DNA of 64,000 nucleotides, taken from positions 15,122-79,121 of the forward strand of contig JBDROZ010000070.1 of NCBI GenBank assembly GCA_043809585.1, read 5' to 3'. A program made the translations under genes and the position numbers. Shown here in pieces: positions 1-9,705 of the stretch. How positions within the stretch are numbered: the stretch's first letter is position 1; each line of letters starts with the position of its first letter. A model generated the notes under the pieces. That model saw only the letters and a list, made by a program, of their open reading frames with translations. It was not told the DNA's origin and ran no database searches. Source of the DNA: Candidatus Eiseniibacteriota bacterium (GTDB lineage Bacteria; Orphanbacterota; Orphanbacteria; Orphanbacterales; Orphanbacteraceae).

Positions 1-149
1 CCCTCGTGACCGCCGGGGGAAAAGGAAAAGCCCCCGGCCGTGGACGAGACGCGGTGCTTCAGCGAGGAAAGGAGGTGGTGCCCTGCCGGAGCGGTAGAAA
101 ACCGAAGTGGGAAATCAAACCGTGGTCAGCCGCGGGAGGCGGCCGCCAA

Positions 150-1229
150 TCAGCCTCCACCCGAGGCGCGAGCCCCATCGCCTCCCGCGGACCCCCTTTC
201 CCTCTTCTCCCCGCGGGAAATCGATCCGCCCGGATTCAGAGCGTTCCGCCGCACCGCGACGATCTCGGCCGCGATGCTCACGGCGATCTCGGCGGGAGTC
301 TGGGCCTCGATCTCCAACCCGATCGGCCCGTAGATCCGTTCCATCTCCGTCTCGTCGAAGCCTTCCTTCGCGAGAATCCGCTTCACCGTTTCCACGCGCC
401 TCCGGGAACCGATCATACCGACGTATCGGTGCTTCCGGCGGAGAAGGACGCGAAGGGCGGAAACGTCGGCCGGATAGCCGTGCCCGAGGAGCACGTAGTA
501 TCCTTCCGGGTCCTCTCCCAGTTCTTCGAGCACTTTGCCCGGATCTCCGGCGATGACGCGGGAGGCGCGGGGGAAACGCTCGGGCCGGGCGAACTCCTCA
601 CGCTCGTCGACGACCGTGATCTCGAAACCGAGGGTGGAGAGGACCTCGCAAGCGGCGCTTCCCACGTGGCCGGCGCCGACGATCACGAGCCGCTCCGGCG
701 GCGAGACCCGCTCGATCATCCGGCCCTCTTCCTCGCCCACGGGGGACAAGAAGTGAATCGCCCCCCGCCCGGGGAGCGGCGGGTTCTCTTTCTCCGAAGC
801 GGTTCGGGACCAGAGGGGGTCCCCTTTTTCATCCATGAGGAGGAGCGCTTCGCACTCGGCGGGATCCCCCTCCCGTAGGCGCCGGACGATGCAGACTTCC
901 CGCCCCGCGCGGCGCCGCTCCGTCACGACCTCGACCCATTCGAGGTCCTTTGCCGCGGAGAGGGGCTCCACGAGAACGTCCATGAAGCCCCCGCAGACCA
1001 TGGCGGGTCCCTCGCTCTCGCTCCCCCACATCTCCAGATGGACCACGGCGGGCCGGCCGCTCCCCATCACGACGATGGCGGCGTCGATCACGTCCTTTTC
1101 GCCGCCCCCGCCCCCGACGGTCTCCACGGTCCGCCCACCCCGGGTCACCGCCATCCGGGCCCCGGGAATGCGGGGGGTCGAGCCGCCGCTTCTAATCACC
1201 GTGGCGAGCCCCACCGATTCGCCGTCCAT
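150..1229 (-). CDS. XdhC/CoxI-family accessory protein (xanthine dehydrogenase maturation-like, Rossmann C-terminal domain)
   Basis: N-terminal LATVIRSGGSTPRIPGARMAV...GSVSGGC-like XdhC_CoxI motif region and C-terminal ERLVIVGAGHVGSAACEVLSTLGFEITVVD Rossmann-type segment; the true start may be an internal Met. Confidence 0.6.
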   Translation of the reverse strand: MDGESVGLATVIRSGGSTPRIPGARMAVTRGGRTVETVGGGGGEKDVIDAAIVVMGSGRPAVVHLEMWGSESEGPAMVCGGFMDVLVEPLSAAKDLEWVEVVTERRRAGREVCIVRRLREGDPAECEALLLMDEKGDPLWSRTASEKENPPLPGRGAIHFLSPVGEEEGRMIERVSPPERLVIVGAGHVGSAACEVLSTLGFEITVVDEREEFARPERFPRASRVIAGDPGKVLEELGEDPEGYYVLLGHGYPADVSALRVLLRRKHRYVGMIGSRRRVETVKRILAKEGFDETEMERIYGPIGLEIEAQTPAEIAVSIAAEIVAVRRNALNPGGSISRGEKRERGSAGGDGARASGGG

Positions 1230-1327
1230 CAGGGATTTCCGGATCGCGGAAAAAGCGTCGATCGTTCACCTCCCGCTTCTGTTCCCGGGGATCGAAATCC
1301 TATGGTACTATAAGATAACTTCGGACC

Positions 1328-2416
1328 ATGGGAGTTCTTTCTTTGCGTGTTCTCTTCCTCTCCCACAATCGCTCCGACTCGGACGACGCCTATAACCACC
1401 GGCTCCGTGCTCTCCGTGATGCTCTCGAAGAGGAGGGGATGGACGCCCGGATGGCTTACCTCGGCGACGACCCCCTCGGGAAGCCGACCCTGCTTCACGC
1501 CTTCAAGATCGGCCGGACGCCCGGTATCGACGAAGCGGACGTTCTCCATGGGGGGAGCGCGGCCGTGGCGTTCGCCTGCGCCTTTCTCCGCCGCGCTCCG
1601 GGCCGCCGGCTGATCTTCGACATGCACGGCGACACGGTGGCCGAGGCCGCTCTTCACGCGCGCGGGCTCGCCCCCGCCGCCCGTCTCCGGACCCTCCAGG
1701 AGCGGTGGAAGGAGCGGATCGGACTCCGGCGGGCGGACCGGGTGCTCGTCGTTTCCGAGCCCCTCCGGGAGCACGTGCTCGCCCTCGGCGTGCCCGGGGA
1801 GAGGATCGTCCTCGTCCGGAACGGAGTCGATCTCGACCGGTTCCCCGCCGCGCCCCCCCCGCCGGCGCGCCCCGAACCTCTCGTGATCTACGCGGGCCGG
1901 TTCGAGGCGTGGCAGGGGGTCGAAAGCCTGCTCGGCGTGGCCGCCCGCGCGGCGTCCGGGAGGTTTCGCCTTCGCGTGATCGGATTCGGGGATGAGGATC
2001 GGGCGTTGAAGGACCGGTTCCGTGGGATCGGGGGGGAGGGGGTGGATCTGATCGACCGGGTCCCCCAGGAGCGCCTGTCCTCGATGCTCGCCGAGGCGGA
2101 TCTGCTCCTTCTTCCCCGGGAGCCCGGCCCGGCGGCCGAGGTCGCCTTGCCGACGAAGTTCGGCGAGTATCTGGCCCTCGGCCGGCCGGTGATCCTCACC
2201 CGCGTCGGCGAACCGGCGCTCCTCGTCGAAGAGGGAAGGTGCGGGATCGTGACGGAGCCGGGGGCGGAGTCGATCGCGTCGGGGATCGCCCGTTTCGCCT
2301 CTCTCGGCGCCGGCGAAAGGCGGGCGATGGAAGGCCGTGCGAGGGCCCTCGCCGAGAGGCTCTTCGACTGGCGGTCGATCGGAAGAGAGTACGCCGCGTA
2401 TCTTCGGACCCTCTGA
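1328..2416 (+). CDS. Glycosyltransferase family 1 (GT4-type)
   Basis: C-terminal GT1 core (LVIYAGRFEAWQGVESLL...LLLLP...PTKFGEYLALGRPVILTRVGE) typical of GT-B group-1 glycosyltransferases. Confidence 0.65.
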   Translation: MGVLSLRVLFLSHNRSDSDDAYNHRLRALRDALEEEGMDARMAYLGDDPLGKPTLLHAFKIGRTPGIDEADVLHGGSAAVAFACAFLRRAPGRRLIFDMHGDTVAEAALHARGLAPAARLRTLQERWKERIGLRRADRVLVVSEPLREHVLALGVPGERIVLVRNGVDLDRFPAAPPPPARPEPLVIYAGRFEAWQGVESLLGVAARAASGRFRLRVIGFGDEDRALKDRFRGIGGEGVDLIDRVPQERLSSMLAEADLLLLPREPGPAAEVALPTKFGEYLALGRPVILTRVGEPALLVEEGRCGIVTEPGAESIASGIARFASLGAGERRAMEGRARALAERLFDWRSIGREYAAYLRTL

Positions 2417-2437
2417 GGGGGGGGGAGACGGATCGGA

Positions 2438-3322
2438 GTGAGAGAGGAACACCCCCCGGAGGAGAGAGGTTTGCCGGAAGAGATCATGGAGTACGATTCC
2501 CGCCGGGGGGAGTACGTGGTCTCCCGGCAGGCGCGCCCCTTCCCGAGGGCCCAGGTCGTTCTCTTCCTGCTCACCCTCGTCTCGACCACCGTAGTCGGCG
2601 GCCTGGCCTACGCCGTTTCCCTGCTCGCCATTCTCCTCGCCCACGAGATGGGACACTACCTGACCGCCCGCGTTCACGGCATTCCGGCGACGCTCCCCTA
2701 CTTCCTGCCCATGCCCTTCACGATCTTCGGGACCTTCGGCGCCGTGATCCGCATGGACGGCCGGACGGCGACCCGGAAGGAGCTTTTCGACGTGGGGGTT
2801 GCGGGACCGCTGGCGGGAACCTTGGTGGCGATCCCGGTCAGTCTCTACGGGATCCGGTTGTCGAGCGTGGTGGAGGGGACGGGTATGGAGGGGATGCTCG
2901 CCCTCGGAGACTCGGTCCTATTCACCGGTCTCGGGAGGCTGATCCACGGACCGCTCCCCGAGGGGAGCACGCTCCTGCTCCACCCGATCGCCTTCGCCGG
3001 CTGGGTGGGCCTCTTCGTGACGGCGCTGAACCTCCTGCCCATCGGGCAGCTCGACGGGGGGCACGTGCTTTACGGGCTGCTGGGGCGGGCCGCGGCGCCT
3101 ATCTCCTTCGCGGTCTTCCTCTCCTTCGGCCTTCTCGCGCTCTTCGTCTCTCCGGGCTGGCTGCTCCTCGTCTTCCTGCTTCTCTACTTCGGGTACCGAC
3201 ACCCGCCGACCCTGGAGGAGGATGTCGGCCTGGACGGGAAAAGGAAGTGGATCGGGTTCCTCACCCTCGCCCTCTTCCTTCTCGCGTTCACGCCGGTGCC
3301 GATTTCGTATGGCGTCCCCTGA
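2438..3322 (+). CDS. Site-2 protease family (M50) intramembrane zinc metalloprotease
   Basis: Polytopic membrane protein with HEMGH (HExxH) in a TM helix followed by LPxxxLDGG-like motif (LLPIGQLDGGHVL), the diagnostic S2P arrangement. Confidence 0.6.
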   Translation: MREEHPPEERGLPEEIMEYDSRRGEYVVSRQARPFPRAQVVLFLLTLVSTTVVGGLAYAVSLLAILLAHEMGHYLTARVHGIPATLPYFLPMPFTIFGTFGAVIRMDGRTATRKELFDVGVAGPLAGTLVAIPVSLYGIRLSSVVEGTGMEGMLALGDSVLFTGLGRLIHGPLPEGSTLLLHPIAFAGWVGLFVTALNLLPIGQLDGGHVLYGLLGRAAAPISFAVFLSFGLLALFVSPGWLLLVFLLLYFGYRHPPTLEEDVGLDGKRKWIGFLTLALFLLAFTPVPISYGVP

Positions 3323-3335
3323 CGGGGGGAAGCTC

Positions 3336-4217
3336 CTACCGCCCGATCTTGCCGCACTCCCCGGCGTTTCGGAGAGGCGATCCCTCCGAGAGACGGTATT
3401 CGGGCCCATCCTCGAAGGCGGGATCGACGGTCTTCTTGCTCCCGTCCGCGGGCGCTTCGATCCCTTCCGCGGCGCCGACATCGGCCCCCTTGTTCTGCCA
3501 GAATCCGTTGCATTGCAGCGTGGGCAGCTGTTGGTCGTTCAGCACGCCGACCACCGACAGGCCGAGCTGGTAGGCGAAGAGGTTCCCTTCCAGGAGCGCG
3601 GCGGAGCCGAAGAGGCCGACGGCGCTCCCCAGTTTCTCGGCGTTGTTCCCGATGAACGTGTTGTTCCGGATCGTGGGGCTGTTGTTCTGGGCGTAGATGC
3701 CGCCCCCGCTTGCGGTGGCGATGCAGTTCTTGAACAAGTTCCCCTCGATCGTCGCCTTCGACTTGGGCGCGAGGTAGATGCCACCCCCCCACGGAGACCG
3801 GCACTCCTCGAGGATGTTGTTCCGGATCACCGGATCCGCGCCACTGCCGATCCGGATTCCGCCGCCGAATTGGGTGTCGTAACCGTTCCGAACCGTGAAG
3901 CCCTCGAAAACGGTGCTCTCGTTGCAGAGGCGGAGCCAAACGACCAGGATTCCCGACTGGCCGCCGTCGAGGATCGTCTTTTCCGGACCCTCGACGCTCT
4001 TGATCACCAGGTTCTTCTTGGTGACGTAGACGAGGGCGCGCTCGTAGACGCCCGGATGCACCAGCACCGTATCCCCGTCTTTGGCGAGATTCTCCACTGT
4101 CTGTTTCAGTTGCTCCGAGTCGGCGGATCCCCCTTCGCCGACGTGCCACGTCTTCGCGAAGCCGGCCGCGGGAATCATCAATGCCAAGGTCCAAGCGATC
4201 ACGACGAACCGTCTCAT
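3336..4217 (-). CDS. Secreted right-handed parallel beta-helix repeat protein (pectin-lyase fold)
   Basis: Signal peptide (MRRFVVIAWTLALMIPAAGFA), repeated GGGI / NN-xG-N beta-helix repeat units (IRNNILEE, IEGNLFKNC, IRNNTFIGN); start chosen at ATG 4217 with a GGAGGG SD. Confidence 0.5.
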   Translation of the reverse strand: MRRFVVIAWTLALMIPAAGFAKTWHVGEGGSADSEQLKQTVENLAKDGDTVLVHPGVYERALVYVTKKNLVIKSVEGPEKTILDGGQSGILVVWLRLCNESTVFEGFTVRNGYDTQFGGGIRIGSGADPVIRNNILEECRSPWGGGIYLAPKSKATIEGNLFKNCIATASGGGIYAQNNSPTIRNNTFIGNNAEKLGSAVGLFGSAALLEGNLFAYQLGLSVVGVLNDQQLPTLQCNGFWQNKGADVGAAEGIEAPADGSKKTVDPAFEDGPEYRLSEGSPLRNAGECGKIGR

Positions 4218-4474
4218 GAAACCCTCCTGATCGTTACCGGGGCGGCCGGGCCGCCCCACCGCCGACCGTGTCTCTCGAGAAACGAAGTATCGACTTTCGT
4301 CCCCATCTGTTCAAGAGATGCGCAGATTCTCGCGGTCCGCGAGAGGTCCGTGCATCTCGCCCGGCCCATCGCTCCCCAAGGGGCGACGGGGCGGGATCGT
4401 TCCGGAAGGAAAGGCATATCATTCAATATAACAATAGGTTGTGGGCAGTTCAAATCTTGAACTTCTTCCGCTCT

Positions 4475-4492
4475 TGGCACCTCCCATGCGTA
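4475..4492 (+). promoter_or_regulatory. Candidate sigma-54 (-24/-12) promoter TGGCAC-ctccc-ATGCG upstream of the secreted metalloprotease
   Basis: TGGCAC at 4475-4480 and GC at 4488-4489 give exact GG-N10-GC spacing; predicted TSS ~4501, GGAGGG SD at 4508-4513 and ATG at 4518. Confidence 0.4.
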
Positions 4493-4517
4493 TCCGTTCC
4501 GGCACGCGGAGGGTGCC

Positions 4518-6350
4518 ATGGGACATCGGACAACCGGATTTCACATCCGGGCGCTCGCCGTGTCGTTTCTGCTCCTCCTCGGCTCCGGGAACGGCGCGGT
4601 CGCATCGATCGTCATAATCACCCCCGAGGGGGGAAAAGGCTCCCTCGAGGAGGCGGAAACGGCGCTCCGGGAAGCGGGGGGCGAGGTGTGCCACCGATTC
4701 CCGGGAGAAGGCCTGATCGCCGACCTCTTCCCGGGAGAGATCGACGCCCTCGCCGGGCGCCTCTCCGGCGAATGGCGCGTGGACGACGGCCTTTCCGTGC
4801 CCGAGTCTCCGCTCCGGCGCCGGGCGGAATCCCTCTACGGCCCTCCCCGGAAGGGAAGGGGCCCGGCGTCGGGGCGGCCTCTTTCCGGGGACGCCTTCGA
4901 GCCCCCCCGGCGGTCCGGGAAGGGGGGGGAGGAGCCGGGTTTCTGGGACGGCAGCGAGTACCTTCTCGGCGACGTGGGCGTCGCCGTCTTTTTCCTCGAG
5001 TCGAACGGCGCGATCGACCCCTCGATCGAGGATTGGACCGGCGCGGAACGTCTTCACGTGCAGGCGAGGATGGTGGAAGCGACGGAGTGGTGGCGGAGCC
5101 GGGCGCCCGAGGGTTTTCTCCGGTTCACCTACGAGTTCCGCGATTCCGTGCCCGTCCCGTACGAGCCGATCGCGAGGCCCCAGGGGGACGAGGAGCTCTG
5201 GATCCGCGAGGCCCTCGCCTCTTTCGGCTTCTCGAGCGGGGACCGGTTCAGCCGGACCCAGAGTTATCTGAACGACATGAAGGCGCGCCTCGGCCTGGAC
5301 TGGGCGTTCGCCGTGTACGTCATCGACTCGTCGGAAGACGAGGACGGCATGTTCTCCGACGGTTACTTCGCCTACGCCTACGTGGGGGGACCCTTCGCCG
5401 TGCTCACCCTCGACAACGATGGCTGGGGGACGGAGAACTTCGCGTCCGTCTTCGCCCACGAGATGGGCCACGTCTTTTACGCCCTCGATCAGTACGCCGC
5501 CGCCCGGGTCCCCTGCGACCGCGCGTCGGGTTATCTCGGCGCGCCGACGGCGAACAGCCAGTACGGCGGCTGTCCCGAGAGCGAGCCGAATTGCCTCATG
5601 AGGAGCACGCACCTGGACGTGGCCGTGCTCAGCGAGACCGCCCGCGCCCAGGTGGGGTGGCTCGACGACGACGGGAACGGCGTTCCCGACGCCGTCGATC
5701 ACGATCCGTCCCTGTCGGCGGACGCCGTCACCCGGGGGGACACGGTGGAGGTGACGGGGGAGGCGGCGGTGGTCCCCGCGCCGAACCGGAATCCCCTCGG
5801 CTACGGCAACGACCTGTCGGTGTCGACCCTCGTCGCCGTCGAATACCGGACCCCGGGGGCCGAGTGGCGGGACGTCCCCGGCGCGGTCTCGGGGAAACCT
5901 TCCGCATCGGCCCGGTTCGTCCTCCCGATCCCCGCGGGCGAAGCGGAGGAGGGCAGGGTCGAACTCCGCGCCCGGGACTCGGCGGGACTCTACTCCCCGT
6001 CGTCGTCGGTCGCCTTCTCCGGCGGCGGGGAGAAAGACCCGGCCGCCGGCGGCACGGCGGAGACTCCGCCGGGTCCGGTCCGGATTCTCGGCAACCGCCC
6101 GAACCCGTTCAACCCGTCGACGGAGTTCCACCTGAGCCTGGAGGAAGCGGTCCGGGTCCGTCTCGAGATCTACGACACGCGGGGCGTTCTCGTGTGCCGG
6201 CTCGTCGACGACATCCTGACACCGGGAGAGACGGCGGTCTCGTGGGACGGGCGGGACTCGCGGGGGAGGACCGCGCCGAGCGGGCGGTACTTCTTCCGGG
6301 TCCTCGCCGGCGGCGAGTCCCGGGCCCTCCCGATCACGCTCCTCCGCTGA
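4518..6350 (+). CDS. Secreted zinc metallopeptidase (HExxH) with C-terminal T9SS-type / FlgD-Ig-like sorting domain
   Basis: N-terminal signal peptide and AHEMGHVFYALDQY zinc-binding motif. The C-terminal ~85 aa (NRPNPFNPSTEFHLSL...RLEIYDTRGVLV...VSWDGRDSRGRTAPSGRYFFRVLAGG) matches the Por_Secre_tail/FlgD-Ig consensus. Confidence 0.6.
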   Translation: MGHRTTGFHIRALAVSFLLLLGSGNGAVASIVIITPEGGKGSLEEAETALREAGGEVCHRFPGEGLIADLFPGEIDALAGRLSGEWRVDDGLSVPESPLRRRAESLYGPPRKGRGPASGRPLSGDAFEPPRRSGKGGEEPGFWDGSEYLLGDVGVAVFFLESNGAIDPSIEDWTGAERLHVQARMVEATEWWRSRAPEGFLRFTYEFRDSVPVPYEPIARPQGDEELWIREALASFGFSSGDRFSRTQSYLNDMKARLGLDWAFAVYVIDSSEDEDGMFSDGYFAYAYVGGPFAVLTLDNDGWGTENFASVFAHEMGHVFYALDQYAAARVPCDRASGYLGAPTANSQYGGCPESEPNCLMRSTHLDVAVLSETARAQVGWLDDDGNGVPDAVDHDPSLSADAVTRGDTVEVTGEAAVVPAPNRNPLGYGNDLSVSTLVAVEYRTPGAEWRDVPGAVSGKPSASARFVLPIPAGEAEEGRVELRARDSAGLYSPSSSVAFSGGGEKDPAAGGTAETPPGPVRILGNRPNPFNPSTEFHLSLEEAVRVRLEIYDTRGVLVCRLVDDILTPGETAVSWDGRDSRGRTAPSGRYFFRVLAGGESRALPITLLR

Positions 6351-6482
6351 CCTTGAACCTGTTGTCTCGCAGCCGGTTGTCTGCTGTCGCTCCTTCCGGG
6401 ATCTTGGTTGACACCGGGCGGAACGAGTGGTAGTCTGCAAACCCGGATCGACCGTGGAACCAGACACCCCGGGGGGACTCTC

Positions 6483-7364
6483 ATGCGCATTTCCGCGCCA
6501 TCCATCGCGCTTGTCATGGCCGCTCTCACCCTCTCCTGCGGTGTGCTCGGTGGGGGTGAGAAGTACGAGGACGCGACACTCGCCGACGCCATGAGCGGTG
6601 CGGCCCCGAGCAAGACGGACACCTACCGGCTCGCTTCGCCGGAGGTGATCGCCGTGAAAGGGGGCTTCGCCCTCCTGAAGGACGGGCGGACGATCCAGAT
6701 CCTCGCGGCGGACCGGCTCTACCGGTACTGGCCCGACCTGGAGGGCCGGGAATTCCACCTCCTCGTCAAGAAGTGGCCGAATCCGTTTCCCCATCTCCGG
6801 CTGGACGGCTACGAGCTGAACGGGGAGCGGATCGACACGCAGTGGGTGATCGCCGAGTCCGAGCTTCCGCTCCTGGTCGACCACCGCCTGTACGACACGT
6901 CGTTCTACGAGAAGAGCGACGTGACGGGTTGGGCGAAGACCGTCCCCCGGGACGTGGTGGACAAGAAGATCTGGGTGAACGGGGGTGTCGAGTCGATCCC
7001 CGGGATCGAGGTCGCCGAGAAGGAAGAGGCGGCGCCGGCGGGGGCGATCGACATGGCCGAAGGGGAGGAGGCGGTGGAGGACACCGAGGTGGCCCGCGGA
7101 GTGTCCGCCTACGACGCGGACCGGGGACCAAGCGACGTCTACTTCATCCTCGTGGGAGGGAAGAAGCTCGAGTTGCTTCCCATGGAGGAGGACGGCGTCA
7201 TGCTCCTTCTCGAAGGGCACGAGGCGGAGGGGCGCGCATTCGGCATCGGCGGATACATCACGGAGCTCTACCCGAAGCGCGAGGCGGAAAAGAGCGGAGT
7301 GACCGGCCGGTTTCAACTCGAAGTGTTCGACTTCGGCGGCAAGTACGTGCTGCTCCGAAATTAG
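6483..7364 (+). CDS. Hypothetical lipoprotein
   Basis: MRISAPSIALVMAALTLSCG signal peptide with lipobox-like LSCG; no recognisable catalytic motif; start placed at internal ATG 6483. Confidence 0.45.
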   Translation: MRISAPSIALVMAALTLSCGVLGGGEKYEDATLADAMSGAAPSKTDTYRLASPEVIAVKGGFALLKDGRTIQILAADRLYRYWPDLEGREFHLLVKKWPNPFPHLRLDGYELNGERIDTQWVIAESELPLLVDHRLYDTSFYEKSDVTGWAKTVPRDVVDKKIWVNGGVESIPGIEVAEKEEAAPAGAIDMAEGEEAVEDTEVARGVSAYDADRGPSDVYFILVGGKKLELLPMEEDGVMLLLEGHEAEGRAFGIGGYITELYPKREAEKSGVTGRFQLEVFDFGGKYVLLRN

Positions 7365-7699
7365 TTTCGATCTTTCAAGAGCCTCACACGTAGTGGGCCA
7401 ACTCGGGGAGCCGGGGGGTTAGGGTTCCGCGGCGAGTTCCGCAGCGCGCCGGCCTCACCTCGTGTGCCGGGACCCCTCGATGCCCGGGCCGGCGCGCGAG
7501 GACTGTTCGAGCAGGCCAGCCCTGATCCTCTGGCTCCCGCCCACCGAATTCAGGGACGCAGTTTCTGCAAGATCGAGGTTAGTTTCGGTATCGCCGAATA
7601 GATCCGGGCGCCCTTTTTCTCGGGGATCGTTGCCGCTCTCACCCCCGCGGCCGGCAACCCGATTGACACGTCCGGGCCCCCTGGTTATGGTGAGGCATC

Positions 7700-8662
7700 A
7701 TGAAGAGATTCCTCCCGCCCTTCACCCTTTTCACGATCATCTTCGCCGCACCGGCCGCCGCTTTCGAAGCGGGGCTTCTTCCGCTGGGGTCCTATTCGGC
7801 CTCCGGTTACGCCATGGGGAACGCGGTCGTCGCCCTCCCCGCCCGGGAGAGCAATGTCTGGACGAACCCGGCCGGACTCGCCTACCAAGAAGGGTATCTC
7901 TTCTACGCCGCGCCCCACGACGAGGTGACCGGCGTGACCGACGACTGGCGGGAGCGGGTCTTCGCGGCGAACGGCCTTCGGGGTCTCGGCGGCGTCTTCG
8001 GCGCGGCCCTCGTCCTCCGGCAGCAACAGAACGCCGCTGTCGGCGATCCGATTGTGCCGGCGGACATCGACGAGCCGACCCTTCTTGTCGGATACGGGCG
8101 GCGGATCGGCGCGAAGTACGCCGTGGGCGCGACGGTGCTGGGCTATCGGCACCGGTCGGACCTGGACACCCTGGATGGCGACATCACGGGCGGCGTCACC
8201 CTCGGCATGCTCCGCGTGTGGGACCATGTCCACCGGAACGACCTTCCCCTGCAGTGGCGCTGGGCACTCGCGCTCCAAAACTTCGGGCCTTCTTTCGACG
8301 TGGGGACCACGAAGACCGATCTCCCCCTCGCCCTCCGTTCGGGACTCTCGACGCGGTGGGAGAAGGAGCCGGGGACGTCGATCGTTTTCTCGGGCGACAT
8401 GCACTGGCTCCCCCGGGAGGAAGGGAACGAGAATCCCCGCATCGGCGGCGGCGTCGGCGGCGAGTTGAAGCTGAGCGGCGTGGTCGCCGTTCGGCTCGGA
8501 TACCTCTGGGACGCCGATTCGGAGCGGGCCGACGTCACCTACGGTTTCGGGATCGGCAACGAAGTGTACGGCAACATCGGCGGCATGCTCGAGTACGCCC
8601 ACGCCCCCGGACCGGTCGATTTCGCCGACCACATCGGCCTCAAGGTCTACTGGATTCCGTAG
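7700..8662 (+). CDS. Outer-membrane beta-barrel protein, PorV/FadL/TraF-like
   Basis: Signal peptide MKRFLPPFTLFTIIFAAPAAA. The N-terminal GYAMGNAVVALPARESNVWTNPAGLA resembles the GMGGAF..AD.AIYWNPAGLA motif of the PorV/FadL-like barrel family. Alternating amphipathic strands run to the C-terminus. A TTGACA-N17-TATGGT sigma-70-like promoter lies at 7655-7684. Confidence 0.45.
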   Translation: MKRFLPPFTLFTIIFAAPAAAFEAGLLPLGSYSASGYAMGNAVVALPARESNVWTNPAGLAYQEGYLFYAAPHDEVTGVTDDWRERVFAANGLRGLGGVFGAALVLRQQQNAAVGDPIVPADIDEPTLLVGYGRRIGAKYAVGATVLGYRHRSDLDTLDGDITGGVTLGMLRVWDHVHRNDLPLQWRWALALQNFGPSFDVGTTKTDLPLALRSGLSTRWEKEPGTSIVFSGDMHWLPREEGNENPRIGGGVGGELKLSGVVAVRLGYLWDADSERADVTYGFGIGNEVYGNIGGMLEYAHAPGPVDFADHIGLKVYWIP

Positions 8663-8839
8663 GCGATAGCAGACGGGGCGGACCCCGCTCGCTCCGAAGA
8701 TCCCGGCCTTGGATCGGCCACTCGCCGAGAGTCTGTCTTGGAATGGCCCGTTCATCCCTCTCTCCCCCCTTGCCCCTCGCCCCGTTCACGGTTATGCTCG
8801 CGGCGAACCCCGATTTCCGATCCCCGAACGAGGCGCGCC

Positions 8840-9694
8840 ATGCGGATCCCCTTCACCAAAGTCCAGGCCCTCCGGAACGACTTCGTCCTCGTCGACGGCC
8901 GCCGCGTACCCGTGCCCGATCCCGCCCGCCTCGCCAAAATCCTCTGCGACCGGAAGAGCGGCGTCGGCGCCGACACCCTTCTCGTCCTTCATCATTCCGA
9001 CCACGCCAACGTTCTCGTCCGCATCTTCAATCCCGACGGAAGCGAAGGGGAGATGTCCGGGAACGGCACCCGTTGCGTCGCCATGTACATCCTGGATCGC
9101 GGAGAAGGGGGGGGCGGATCGGCCTCCGTCGAAACCGTCGCGGGCGTCTCCCGTCACGATGTCGAAGAGCGCGCGGGCCGCCGCCTCCGGATCGTCTCGC
9201 GGATTCTCGCGCCCCGCTTCCAGCCGGACCTCGTCCCCGTCCGGTGGGAGGGGGACGAGGCGATCGACATCGACATCCCCCTTCGGGATCGCTCCGTCCG
9301 TGTGTCGTGCGTGAACATCGGCAACCCCCAAGCGGTCGTCCTCGACGGATGGGACGAGAAGAACTGGCGCGAACTGGGCCCCCAGATCGAGCGGCACCCG
9401 ATTTTCCCCGAGCGGGCGAACGTCGACTTCGCGCGCGTCGTGGCCGAGGGCCGGATCGAGGTTAGGCTCTGGGAACGGGGCGTGGGCCCCGTCGAAGCCT
9501 CGGGGACCGGCGCGTCGGGCGCGTTCACCGTGGCCCGCCGGAAAGGCCTGGTCGGTCCCCGGGTGCGGGTCGCCATGGAGGGGGGCGATCTCGACCTGGA
9601 GGAGCGGCATGACGGTCTTCTCCTCCGGGGTTGGTGCGAAGAGGTGTTCGAAGGGACCGCGTCGATCGAGTATCCCCTCATGGAGAAGAAGTGA
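8840..9694 (+). CDS. dapF: Diaminopimelate epimerase
   Basis: MRIPFTKVQALRNDFVLVD N-terminus and GNGTRC active-site Cys motif (SGNGTRCVAMY) characteristic of DapF; start at ATG 8840 inside the longer ORF. Confidence 0.8.
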   Translation: MRIPFTKVQALRNDFVLVDGRRVPVPDPARLAKILCDRKSGVGADTLLVLHHSDHANVLVRIFNPDGSEGEMSGNGTRCVAMYILDRGEGGGGSASVETVAGVSRHDVEERAGRRLRIVSRILAPRFQPDLVPVRWEGDEAIDIDIPLRDRSVRVSCVNIGNPQAVVLDGWDEKNWRELGPQIERHPIFPERANVDFARVVAEGRIEVRLWERGVGPVEASGTGASGAFTVARRKGLVGPRVRVAMEGGDLDLEERHDGLLLRGWCEEVFEGTASIEYPLMEKK

Positions 9695-9705
9695 AACACC
9701 GCGCC

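Noticed and set aside
6-878. 290-codon plus-strand ORF at the window edge
   Set aside because: Antisense to the XdhC-family gene, no start context, low-complexity Arg/Gly/Pro-rich product.
4268-7316. Long overlapping ORFs 4268..6433 (plus, alternative frame) and 4419..7316 (minus, 965 aa) across the metalloprotease and lipoprotein genes
   Set aside because: Low-complexity Arg/Gly/Pro-rich translations, no start context, and fully overlapped by genes with clear homology and signal peptides. Typical GC-driven shadow ORFs.
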